Source of the DNA: Candidatus Hydrothermales bacterium
GTDB taxonomy: Bacteria > Hydrothermota > Hydrothermia > Hydrothermales > JAJRUZ01
Length of the DNA: 64,000 bases
Assembly (NCBI GenBank): GCA_039630575.1
Contig: JBCNUW010000001.1
Location: 32,659-96,658 of the forward strand
Direction of reading: 5' to 3'
Positions 49,802 through 58,731 of this stretch are shown here, in pieces. Position 1 is the first letter of the stretch. The number at the start of each line of letters is the position of its first letter. The notes beneath the pieces are model-generated. The model saw nothing but the letters and a program-made list of their open reading frames with translations, ran no database searches and was not told the origin of the DNA. The position numbers and the translations under genes were made by a program.

Positions 49802-50684
49802 TTTTTTCTCTTGGGTGAGTATTTTTATAAATTCTTTTGATTTCTCTGATTGAAAGGTTTGTATAAATCTCTGTTGTTGTAAGGGAAGCGTGCCCAAGAA
49901 GTTCTTGAATACTTTTTAAATCTGCTCCATGATCAAGGAGATGTGTAGCAAAGGCATGTCTCAGAAGATGAGGGTGAACTCCAGAAAGATTCGCTCTCTT
50001 TAAAAAAATTTCTCTAACCAACTTTCTAAGTCCAAAGTAAGAAAGAGGATTACCCTTTATTGTAGTAAATAGATATTCAGTATTTATACCTAAATTTTTT
50101 CTTTTTTCTAAAAATTTTTTCAACAAATCAAAAGTTTTTTCAGGAATGGGGAGCAATCTCATCTTATTTCCTTTACCTTTTATTCTCACCTCTTTCAATC
50201 CCATTGAGATATCATTTAACTTAATATTTAAGAGTTCACTTGATCTTATCCCAAGTCCATACAGAAATTCTATCATTAATTTGTTTCTAATCTCCAAAAA
50301 ATCTTCAGGTTCCCATTTATCAAGTAACTTTTTTATTATTTCTTCAGGAATTGTATCTGGTAATTCTTTTTCAAGTTTGGGAATATGTATTCCATTTACA
50401 GGATTTTCAACTATTTTATTTTCTCTTATTAAAAATTTGTAAAAAGTTCTAAGAGAAGATATTTTTCTGGCTATTGACTTTTTTTTGTAACCGTATTTTA
50501 AAAGGTCTGCAAAGTATTCTCTTAAATGAATTCTTTCAATTTTTTCGGGTTCTGTAATTTTATACTTTTCTTCTGTATATTCAAAAAATAAAACTATATC
50601 TTTCTTATAAGAGTTTATAGTGTTTTCAGAGTAATTTTTTAAATATTTAAGTCTTGACAAAAAAGAATCTAAGTACTTAATCAA
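49785..50684 (-). CDS. xerC: XerC/XerD-type tyrosine recombinase
   Basis: SAM-like N-domain (SENTINSY, SIARKISSLR), GIRSSEL, HLLRHAFATHLL and LLGHASLTTTEIYT motifs. Confidence 0.85.
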   Translation of the reverse strand: MIKYLDSFLSRLKYLKNYSENTINSYKKDIVLFFEYTEEKYKITEPEKIERIHLREYFADLLKYGYKKKSIARKISSLRTFYKFLIRENKIVENPVNGIHIPKLEKELPDTIPEEIIKKLLDKWEPEDFLEIRNKLMIEFLYGLGIRSSELLNIKLNDISMGLKEVRIKGKGNKMRLLPIPEKTFDLLKKFLEKRKNLGINTEYLFTTIKGNPLSYFGLRKLVREIFLKRANLSGVHPHLLRHAFATHLLDHGADLKSIQELLGHASLTTTEIYTNLSIREIKRIYKNTHPREKNDRNN

Positions 50685-51009
50685 CCTTTGGTTTTGTTAT
50701 AAGTCTTTTCGGTTCAACAAGCATAATTATAGAGGGATTGTTAGCCCTTGATCTGTGTCTTGTTCCCTTTTTTACAAGTAGTCCTTCTCCTTCCTTTAAA
50801 TTATAAGTTCTTTCTTCAGTATCAATATAAATTTCTCCCTTTAAAACTATAAACAGCTCGTCGCCTTCGTTGTGGGTATGAAAAGGGAACTCCCCTTGTA
50901 TCATTGCCACTCTGACAGCTACATCTTCTATTGTGGCTATTTCAAAGGGAATCCAAAATTCTTCTTTTTTCTCAAAAATTTTAAAAATCTGTATTTTCTC
51001 CATTTTCAA
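50677..51009 (-). CDS. Cupin-domain protein
   Basis: FPFHTHNEGDELFIVLKG...GTRHR cupin motifs. Confidence 0.88.
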   Translation of the reverse strand: MKMEKIQIFKIFEKKEEFWIPFEIATIEDVAVRVAMIQGEFPFHTHNEGDELFIVLKGEIYIDTEERTYNLKEGEGLLVKKGTRHRSRANNPSIIMLVEPKRLITKPKVD

Positions 51010-51565
51010 ATTTAATCTCTAATTTTTCAATTTTAATTGTAACTTTAAGGTTCTTCGTATAAATAAATATATTATAAGGAATTTCTTCTTTCCAATCAAC
51101 ACTTATATTAAAATCTGGAAACCTTAATTCACTCATTTTTATTGCTTCATTAAAGGTAATTTCAATTCCGCCCTCCAGTCTAAAAATGTATTTATCTTTT
51201 TTGTAAAGGGCTTCAATAACTTTTGTATTTCTTAGATAATTAAGGGGAGAGTAGAAAATTTTTGTAAGTAAAAGAATTTTTTCGTTTAAGTGACCTTCAT
51301 ATTTTTCTGTTCCAAAGGGAGAATATAAAAAAAGTAAGGCTCTTGTGGAGTCTGCTTCAAACTTGAATTTACCTTTAAAAGTATAATCGTTTGAAAGAGT
51401 TAAATCACCCTTAGATCTTAGAAAATTAAATTTTCCCCTGTGGTTTTTTTCAAGGAAATAGTAAAATTTTTCGTAAGGGTTTTCTATCTTTATGGATTTT
51501 GCACAGTTCAGTAATAAAAAGATTATAAGATTTAAAAATAATACTTTTATATTAAAATTTTTAAT
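50981..51565 (-). CDS. Lipoprotein absent from the ORF track, LolB/DUF4292-like; probable ATT start
   Basis: Open 194-codon frame filling the gap: IKNFNIKVLFLNLIIFLLLNC (lipobox) ... ALLFLYSPFG ...; AGGAGG 9 nt upstream. Confidence 0.7.
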   Translation of the reverse strand: MKNFNIKVLFLNLIIFLLLNCAKSIKIENPYEKFYYFLEKNHRGKFNFLRSKGDLTLSNDYTFKGKFKFEADSTRALLFLYSPFGTEKYEGHLNEKILLLTKIFYSPLNYLRNTKVIEALYKKDKYIFRLEGGIEITFNEAIKMSELRFPDFNISVDWKEEIPYNIFIYTKNLKVTIKIEKLEIKFENGENTDF

Positions 51566-52288
51566 TTAGAGGTTCCTCCTTGAAAGAATTTCTCTATATT
51601 CTTTTACCACACTATAGAGACCTGAAAGGATACTATCGGCAACAATAGCAAACCCTATGGAAACTTCCTCTATTTCTTCAATTTCAAGCAGAGGAATAAG
51701 GTTTTGTCTTTTCAAGCCGTGACCAGCCTTAACTATAAGTCCTTTTGATTTTGCATATTTAGCTGATTTTTTAAGTCTTTTAAGTTCCTGTTCTTTTTTT
51801 TCTCCTTTCGCTATTACATATGAATTTGTATTTAATTCAACAGCATCTGATTCTAATTCTTTTGCAATTTCGATCATTTCTTCATCGGGTTCAATAAAAA
51901 GGCTAACTTTAATTCCGGCTTTTTTTAGCTTTTCTATTGATTCTTTGATCTCCAGTTTAACTTTTTTAAGATCAAGTCCGCCTTCAGTTGTAACTTCTCC
52001 TTCTCTTTCAGGGACCAAAGTTACCCAGTCTGGTTTAACTTTTAAGGCAAAATCCACATACTGTGAACACATCTCTAAGTTCAATTCACCAGAAATATGT
52101 TTTTTAAGTTTTTCCACGTCTTCCTCTTTTATGTGTCTTTTGTCAAGTCTAATATGACAGGTTATTCCGCTTGCACCTGCTTGTTCTGCTATTATAGCAG
52201 CAATTAGGGGATCTGGAAAATTTTCTTTTCTTGCTTCCCGTAAAGTAGCTACATGGTCAACATTAACACTTAATCTTATTGGTTTCAT
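51566..52288 (-). CDS. pdxJ: Pyridoxine 5'-phosphate synthase
   Basis: LSVNVDHVATLRE, LNLE, VTLVPE, TTEGGL and AGHGL motifs. Confidence 0.96.
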   Translation of the reverse strand: MKPIRLSVNVDHVATLREARKENFPDPLIAAIIAEQAGASGITCHIRLDKRHIKEEDVEKLKKHISGELNLEMCSQYVDFALKVKPDWVTLVPEREGEVTTEGGLDLKKVKLEIKESIEKLKKAGIKVSLFIEPDEEMIEIAKELESDAVELNTNSYVIAKGEKKEQELKRLKKSAKYAKSKGLIVKAGHGLKRQNLIPLLEIEEIEEVSIGFAIVADSILSGLYSVVKEYREILSRRNL

Positions 52289-52289
52289 T

Positions 52290-54545
52290 TTAACATTTAA
52301 TTTTCATTTGGGCTTCCCTGGCAACCACAGCTGTCATGTTTACAATATCTTGAACATCATCTCCTTTTTGGAGCACGCAGGTTGCCATTTTTGTTCCAAG
52401 TAAGATAGGTCCTATAACTTGTGCATTTCCTAATCTTTGAAGAATTTTATAAGAAATGTTTGCCGAATCAAGATTTGGGAAAATTAAAACATTTGCCTTT
52501 CCTTTTAAAAGGGAGAACGGATAGAATTCTTCAGTAATTTCTGGAACAAGTGCAGTATCTGCTTGCATTTCACCCTCTGCAATTATATGAGGATATTTTT
52601 TCTTAAAAATTTTTACAGCTTCGCTAACTTTTTCAGTTTCCTTTACTCTTACACTTCCAAAGTTTGAGAAAGAAAGGAACGCAACTTTAGGTTCAATCTC
52701 GAGCTCTTTTGCAAAGTTTGCTGTAAGAGCTGCTATTTCAGCTATTGTCTCAGAATCAGGGTCTATATTTACTGTTGCGTCGGCAAAAAAGAACACTTCA
52801 TTTTCAACTATCACTACATATAAACCTGCAACAGTTTTAACATTATCTTCTGTTTTTATAATTTGAAGAATTGGTCTTAATGCATTCGCGTAATCAGTCG
52901 TTAATCCGGCTATAAGACCATGGGCATCTCCCTCATAAACCATCATAGATCCAAAAACAATTGGGTTAGAAAGGGAAAAGTATGCCCATTGTTTTGTAAT
53001 GCCCTTCCTTTCTCTTATTTTAAAAAGTTTTTCAGCGTATTGGTCTCTCTTATTTGACAGTGCTGGGTCAATAATCTCATAGTCAAAATTTAGTTTTAAA
53101 CTTTCAATTTTTTTCTTGATAATTTCTTCTCTACCAAGTAAAATTGGTTTTGCTATTTCATCATTTGAGACTATGTTAGCAGCTCTGATTATTTTTTCAT
53201 GTTCTCCTTCAGCGTAAACAACTTTAATAGGTCTCTTTTTTGCTTCCTGTATTATTATGCTCATCACTCTCCCACCTTTCATTACTTTTTCTTTTAACCT
53301 TTCTCTGTATTCGTCTATATCTATTTTAATTTGAGCAACTTTAGTTTCTATGGCAGCTTTTGCGACTTCAGGTGCTTCCCAATACAAGACTCTTGGGTCA
53401 AGAGGTTTAGGAATTATGTAATCCTTTCCAAATTCAAGTCTTTTAACTCCGTAGGCTTTTGCAACAGAATCAGGTACATCTTCCTTTGCAAGTTCAGCAA
53501 GAGCTTTGGCTGCTGCTAATTTCATCTCATTATTAATTTTCATTGCTCTAACATCTAGAGCACCTCTAAAAATGAAAGGAAAGCCAAGAACATTATTTAT
53601 CTGATTTGGATAATCACTTCTTCCTGTAGCAATTATTCCATCAGGTCTTGCTTCTTTTGCATCTTCATAACTTATCTCTGGAATAGGATTTGCCATCGCA
53701 AATATTATTGGCTTATCAGCCATTTTTTTAACCATCTCTTTTGTAACAACTTTGCCTATAGAAAGTCCAACGAAAACATCTGCTCCTTCTAACGCTTCAG
53801 CCAGTGTTCTTTTATCAGTTTCAATTGCAAATTCCTCCTTGAAAACATTCATTCCATCTTTTCTTCCTTTGTAGATAACACCTTTAGTATCACACATTAT
53901 TATATTCTCCTTCTTTACGCCTAAAAGTAGGTAAAATTTTGCACAGGCTATAGAAGAGGCTCCAGCACCATTAAAAACTACTTTAATTTGGTCAATCTTT
54001 TTACCAACAAGTTCAAGAGCATTCAGAAGAGCCGCTCCGGAAATGATTGCTGTTCCGTGTTGATCGTCATGAAAAACAGGTATATCAAGTTCTGCTTTTA
54101 ATCTCTCCTCAATTTCAAAACATTCAGGAGCCTTTATATCCTCAAGATTTATTCCTCCAAAAGTAGGAGAAATAAGTTTACAAGTCTTTATAAATTCCTC
54201 TATGTCTTCAGTATTAATTTCTATATCAATAGCATCTACATCAGCAAACTTTTTAAATAGTACACATTTTCCTTCCATAACCGGTTTACCCGCAAGAGCT
54301 CCTATATTTCCTAGTCCTAAAACTGCTGTTCCGTTCGATATAACAGCAACTAAGTTTCCTTTAGCTGTGTACTCATAAGCAAGGAGAGGATCTTTTTGGA
54401 TTTCAAGACACGGTTCTGCAACCCCAGGGGTATAAGCAAGAGATAAATCTCTCTGAGTATCACAAGGTTTTGTTAACTTTATTTCAAGTTTACCTTTTTT
54501 GCCTCTTGAATGGTATTCAAGTGCTTCTTCTTTTGTTATTTTCAT
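52290..54545 (-). CDS. maeB: NADP-dependent malic enzyme with PTA domain
   Basis: [25 protein letters not shown] and a C-terminal phosphotransacetylase-like domain; SD AAGGAG. Confidence 0.95.
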   Translation of the reverse strand: MKITKEEALEYHSRGKKGKLEIKLTKPCDTQRDLSLAYTPGVAEPCLEIQKDPLLAYEYTAKGNLVAVISNGTAVLGLGNIGALAGKPVMEGKCVLFKKFADVDAIDIEINTEDIEEFIKTCKLISPTFGGINLEDIKAPECFEIEERLKAELDIPVFHDDQHGTAIISGAALLNALELVGKKIDQIKVVFNGAGASSIACAKFYLLLGVKKENIIMCDTKGVIYKGRKDGMNVFKEEFAIETDKRTLAEALEGADVFVGLSIGKVVTKEMVKKMADKPIIFAMANPIPEISYEDAKEARPDGIIATGRSDYPNQINNVLGFPFIFRGALDVRAMKINNEMKLAAAKALAELAKEDVPDSVAKAYGVKRLEFGKDYIIPKPLDPRVLYWEAPEVAKAAIETKVAQIKIDIDEYRERLKEKVMKGGRVMSIIIQEAKKRPIKVVYAEGEHEKIIRAANIVSNDEIAKPILLGREEIIKKKIESLKLNFDYEIIDPALSNKRDQYAEKLFKIRERKGITKQWAYFSLSNPIVFGSMMVYEGDAHGLIAGLTTDYANALRPILQIIKTEDNVKTVAGLYVVIVENEVFFFADATVNIDPDSETIAEIAALTANFAKELEIEPKVAFLSFSNFGSVRVKETEKVSEAVKIFKKKYPHIIAEGEMQADTALVPEITEEFYPFSLLKGKANVLIFPNLDSANISYKILQRLGNAQVIGPILLGTKMATCVLQKGDDVQDIVNMTAVVAREAQMKIKC

Positions 54546-54593
54546 TTTGACTCCTTTTTGAAAATTATACAGGGATTTAAAACCCTAAAGAAT

Positions 54594-54995
54594 TTATTTT
54601 TTCTCTGACTTTTCCTTATTATACAAAAAATCAAGATAGTCTTGCAATATATAGGAGGCTGAAATTGCGTGAATATTTTTTCTATGTTTTTTTGCAAGTT
54701 TTGAGGTCCTCCATTCGTCCCAAAAAACAGTCTTTATTTTATATTCTTTTTCAATCTTTTCACTTATTTTTTTGATCTTAGTTGCTAATTCTAACTTTTT
54801 TCCTGAAATAGAGCGAGGTTCTCCAAAAAGAACCTCTGAGGGCTTATATTTTTCAATCAATTCATCTAGAGCTTTTTTGAAGCTTTTTTTTCTTGTATCA
54901 ATTTCAAAAAGAGGTGAAGAGATTAACCTATTTTCGTCAGATATTGCAAATCCAATATACCTTTCACCAAAATCAATTGCTAAGATTCTTGTTAT
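54594..54995 (-). CDS. ruvX: YqgF/RuvX family nuclease; probable ATA start
   Basis: The frame extends upstream of the track ORF to (M)TRILAIDFGERYIGFAISD; WDEWRTS and ILQDYLD motifs; GGAG 9 nt before ATA 54995. Confidence 0.85.
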   Translation of the reverse strand: MTRILAIDFGERYIGFAISDENRLISSPLFEIDTRKKSFKKALDELIEKYKPSEVLFGEPRSISGKKLELATKIKKISEKIEKEYKIKTVFWDEWRTSKLAKKHRKNIHAISASYILQDYLDFLYNKEKSEKK

Positions 54996-54998
54996 TTT

Positions 54999-56592
54999 TC
55001 AAAACTCCATTTTTTTAATTTTAATTTTAAGAATTTTAAAAAATATAACTAAAAGAATAAATGAAAAAAATAAGAAAAGCAAAATATAGAAGGTAAATCC
55101 TGTTTCAACACCATAATAAAATTTTTGCATAGGCTGATGAAATAAAATAAACCCTGATAACAGAAGGTAAAGAATTAGTATTGAGGCTGTTAAAAAAGCA
55201 CCCGGTCCAGATGCAACTCTTGCTGGATTTTTCTCATTAAATTGGGGGAATATGTATCCAATTGATAGTGACAAAAATGTCACGATAAATATAATAAACG
55301 GTAGGAGGAAAATGAAAAGTAAGGTCAAATCCTTAAAATATAGAACTTTAAGAGAAAAATGAGTTGAAAAAAATAAAAGATAACCAAGGAAAATGAGGAA
55401 AGTAAAGAAAAGAATTAATTGAAAATAAAAAAAATTAAGTGGATTTTCACCAGCAAGAAAAAAAAGTGAAATTCCTCTTTCCTCAATAGATGGAGCAGGG
55501 TATATAAACCTTACTGATACAGTTATTAAAAGGTATATTACAAAAATAAAGTTAGCATAAATTATCATCACATGCCATATAGGAAAACTTATTCCTATAC
55601 CTTTTCCTCTTACTGATATAACATAAAGAAAAAAGAGTAAAATTAGGAATATAAATTGCGAAATTTGTGAATAGTTTCTATAAAAACTTTTAAATTCCTT
55701 TTGAAGTAGAATAAATTTTGGGTTCCTTCCTCCTTGTGCTTTTTCTTTTATAAAACTCTTATGGTGAACTTTTTCGAAAGGTAAAACTGTAAGAATCATA
55801 AATAGAAAAAGATTAAATGCTAAAAGTAAAAGAAAAACATGCAAAATGTTTCTGTTATCTGTAAACGCAGAGAAAAACCAGTTTGATGGTAAAAAGTATG
55901 GCGACATCGTTCCTGCACGTCTGAGAATTTGAATTGCTTCATCTATACTTTTGGCATCAAAAATTTTAAAAACTTCAGGTTTACCAAATTTTAAATATAA
56001 ATAGATGAATACAAGAAAAATTACCCCAAAAAAAATTGGTAAAAGTTCCCTTTTTAAAATAGGAGAAAACCTAACAAATAGGTAAAAGAGAAATATTCCT
56101 ATAAGCCCTGCAGAAATAATATAAAGAAAAAAATCAAGAAGAATAAAAATTAGATATGTTTTTTTTATCTCAAATATAGCTATATATGAAAAAAGAAAAG
56201 GGATGAGAAAAATTAATGGAACCCAGGAAGAATAAATTATTATTTCAAAAAATTTTATAATAAATATACTTTCTTTTTGAACTGGAAATCTAAATAAAAA
56301 AGAAAACTCCTCATCTTCAAAAAAAATAGAGAAACTGCTCACAATATTAGATAATATCAAAAAAGATACTCATTAGAGTAAAATCAACAAACTTCTGTGA
56401 TACGATAATACCAAGTACTGGTATTTTATTTAAGAAGTAAAAAAATCTGTAAAAAAAGTAATAAATAAGGATAAGTAAAATAGTTGCAAAAATTAATGGT
56501 AATGAAACTCTTTTCCAAAATGAAAAAGATTTTAAAAGATTTAATAAGATCCTTGATTTCAGATAAAAAAGTAAATAAATTTCCCTTATCAA
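54999..56592 (-). pseudogene. Putative ABC-2-type transporter permease split by a frameshift in a T6 run (ORFs 56347-56592 and 54999-56360)
   Basis: Removing one T at 56359-56364 joins both ORFs into a ~530-aa multi-TM protein (..TLMSIF-LILSNIVSSFSIFF..; RFIYPAPSIE; PQFNEKNP). Confidence 0.6.
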
Positions 56593-57197
56593 ATGTAACC
56601 CAAATCCTCAAGCCTTTTTTTTATTTCTTCCTCTTCTTCCTCTGTATAGCCCCTTTCTTCCTCAATTTTCTCTATGAATCCATTTTCTTCCAGAAATTTT
56701 AAAATCTTATTTACACTCTCACTGACAGTTTCCTTTTCAGTGTCACATATAACCTCAGGATTTAGAGGTTCTTCATAGGGATCATCGATTCCTGTGAAAT
56801 TCTTTATTATACCTTCTCTTGCTTTTCTATACATACCCTTAACATCTCTCTTTTCACAAGTCTCTAAACTTGCTTTGACATAAACTTCAACAAACTTTGG
56901 TAAAAGCTCTCTTGCTTTTTGTCTTCCCTCTCTGTAGGGAGAGACTAGTGCCACTATTACATTTACTCCATGTTTTGTCAAAAGTTCGGAAAGCACAGAA
57001 ACTCTCCTCATATTTTCGATTCTATCTTCTCTTGTGAAACCAAGATCTTTATTTAAAAAAGTCCTTACAATATCTCCATCAAGGATTTCCACATCTTCGT
57101 TTCTCTCTGAGAGTATTTCTGCTAACTTCTTGGCTATAGTGCTTTTACCAGAGCACGGTAAACCGGTAAGCCAAACACAAAAACCCCTTTTTTTCAA
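56589..57197 (-). CDS. cysC: Adenylyl-sulfate kinase
   Basis: WLTGLPCSGKST, LDGD, RDVKGMY and FTGIDDPYE motifs. Confidence 0.95.
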   Translation of the reverse strand: MKKRGFCVWLTGLPCSGKSTIAKKLAEILSERNEDVEILDGDIVRTFLNKDLGFTREDRIENMRRVSVLSELLTKHGVNVIVALVSPYREGRQKARELLPKFVEVYVKASLETCEKRDVKGMYRKAREGIIKNFTGIDDPYEEPLNPEVICDTEKETVSESVNKILKFLEENGFIEKIEEERGYTEEEEEEIKKRLEDLGYI

Positions 57198-57262
57198 CTT
57201 TATTTGATAAAATTTTTAAGGCTTTGAACCTTTTTAATTCTCTCAGAGCAAAATTTTAACAC

Positions 57263-57292
57263 TTGACAAATTATTATTAATTATATTATATT
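57263..57292 (+). promoter_or_regulatory. Sigma70 promoter for fbp-ptsH-ptsI
   Basis: TTGACA (57263-57268), 18-nt spacer, TATATT (57287-57292); SD GGAGGT at 57365-57370. Confidence 0.6.
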
Positions 57293-57377
57293 ATAGTATT
57301 GAAAAAAGAAAAAATCAAATAAAAACATGGATTGAGGGTTCCAGGCCCTTATTATTTTGAAGTTGGAGGTTTTTTGA

Positions 57378-58472
57378 ATGAAGGTTACTGTAAGTGTAAT
57401 CAAGGCTGATGTAGGGGGATATGTTGGTCATTCCAGTATGCATCCTGCTTTGATGGCATTAGCTGAGGATGAGCTTGAAGAGGCTAAAAAGAAAGGGATA
57501 ATTATTGATTATTTCGTTGCTCATGCTGGTGATGATCTTGAGCTTGTTATGACCCACACAAAAGGTATAGACAATTCTGATATTCATGGACTTGCCTTTC
57601 AAATTTTTAAAAAATGTACAAAAAAGGCTGAAGAGCTTGGATTATATGGAGCAGGACAAGATATACTTTCTGATGCCTTCTCAGGAAATATAAAGGGCAT
57701 GGGACCAGGTGTAGCAGAAATGGAATTAGAGGAGAGAAGTTCAGAACCTATAATTATTTTCATGGCTGACAAAACCTCTCCAGGTGCTTGGAACTTACCA
57801 TTATTTAAAATATTTGCTGATCCATTTAACACAGCTGGTCTTGTAATTGATCCTAAATTACATGACGGGTTTGTTTTTGAAGTACTTCATATGAAAGAAG
57901 GTAAGGTTGTTAAATTGAACTGTCCTGAAGAGATGTATTCACTTTTAGCTCTTATTGGTGCTGTTGAAGTCTACGCAATAAAAAATGTATACAGAAAGGA
58001 CGGTATAATCGCTGCAACTGCCTCAACGCAGAGATTATCTCTGATAGCCGGAAGGTATGTAGGTAAGGATGATCCTGTTATGATAGTTAGAGCTCAAAGT
58101 GGTTTTCCTGCTGTTGGTGAGATTCTTGAAGCCTTTTCTCATGCACACCTTGTTGCTGGTTGGATGAGGGGTTCTCATTGGGGTCCACTTATGCCTGTAT
58201 CAATGAAAGATGCTTCCTGTACAAGGTTTGATGGTCCTCCAAGAGTTGTTGCCCTTGGATTCCAGTTAAAGGATGGAAAACTCATCGGACCAAAGGACTT
58301 ATTTGACGATCCTGCTTTTGATTTAACAAGAAAAAAGGCACAGGAAATTACAGATTATATAAGGAGGATGGGACCTTTTGAACCTCAAAGGCTTGGTTTA
58401 GAAGAAATGGAATATACAACTTTACCATCTGTTATAGAGAAATTAAAAGATAGATTTATAGATCTTGATTGA
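57378..58472 (+). CDS. fbp: Bifunctional fructose-1,6-bisphosphate aldolase/phosphatase (class V FBPase)
   Basis: SVIKADVGG, GDD, YGAGQD, DKT, YVGKDDP, GWMRGSH and RFDGPP motifs. Confidence 0.96.
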   Translation: MKVTVSVIKADVGGYVGHSSMHPALMALAEDELEEAKKKGIIIDYFVAHAGDDLELVMTHTKGIDNSDIHGLAFQIFKKCTKKAEELGLYGAGQDILSDAFSGNIKGMGPGVAEMELEERSSEPIIIFMADKTSPGAWNLPLFKIFADPFNTAGLVIDPKLHDGFVFEVLHMKEGKVVKLNCPEEMYSLLALIGAVEVYAIKNVYRKDGIIAATASTQRLSLIAGRYVGKDDPVMIVRAQSGFPAVGEILEAFSHAHLVAGWMRGSHWGPLMPVSMKDASCTRFDGPPRVVALGFQLKDGKLIGPKDLFDDPAFDLTRKKAQEITDYIRRMGPFEPQRLGLEEMEYTTLPSVIEKLKDRFIDLD

Positions 58473-58731
58473 GAAGGAAGTAATTGTAAAAAATACACTT
58501 GGTATACATGCAAGACCTGCAACTCAATTTGTTAAAATAGCATCTAAGTATAATTGTGATGTTTATGTAATAAAGGACGGCGTGGAGGTAAATGGAAAAA
58601 GCATAATGAGTTTACTGATTTTAACAGCTACAAAAGGCAGCAAGCTTACTATAAGGTGTTCAGGTGAAGATGAGGAAAAAGCTTTGAAAGAATTAGTTGA
58701 TTTAGTGGAGGAAGGATTCGGTGAGGACTAA
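58465..58731 (+). CDS. ptsH: Phosphocarrier protein HPr
   Basis: GIHARPA (His15) and NGKSIMSLL (Ser46). Confidence 0.95.
   Translation: MIEKEVIVKNTLGIHARPATQFVKIASKYNCDVYVIKDGVEVNGKSIMSLLILTATKGSKLTIRCSGEDEEKALKELVDLVEEGFGED

Noticed and set aside
49785..50684. Tyrosine recombinase as a sign of a prophage or integrative element
   Set aside because: It has XerC/D size and motifs, is embedded in a housekeeping operon (birA, coaX, tsaE), and has no att repeats, phage genes or adjacent tRNA.
54594..56360. Stop-codon readthrough or recoded TGA fusing the permease to ruvX (and pdxJ to the lipoprotein across TAA)
   Set aside because: TGA and TAA act as ordinary stops throughout the window (many ATGA overlaps, conserved C-termini). 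The fusions make no biological sense, and SD-like motifs support independent starts.
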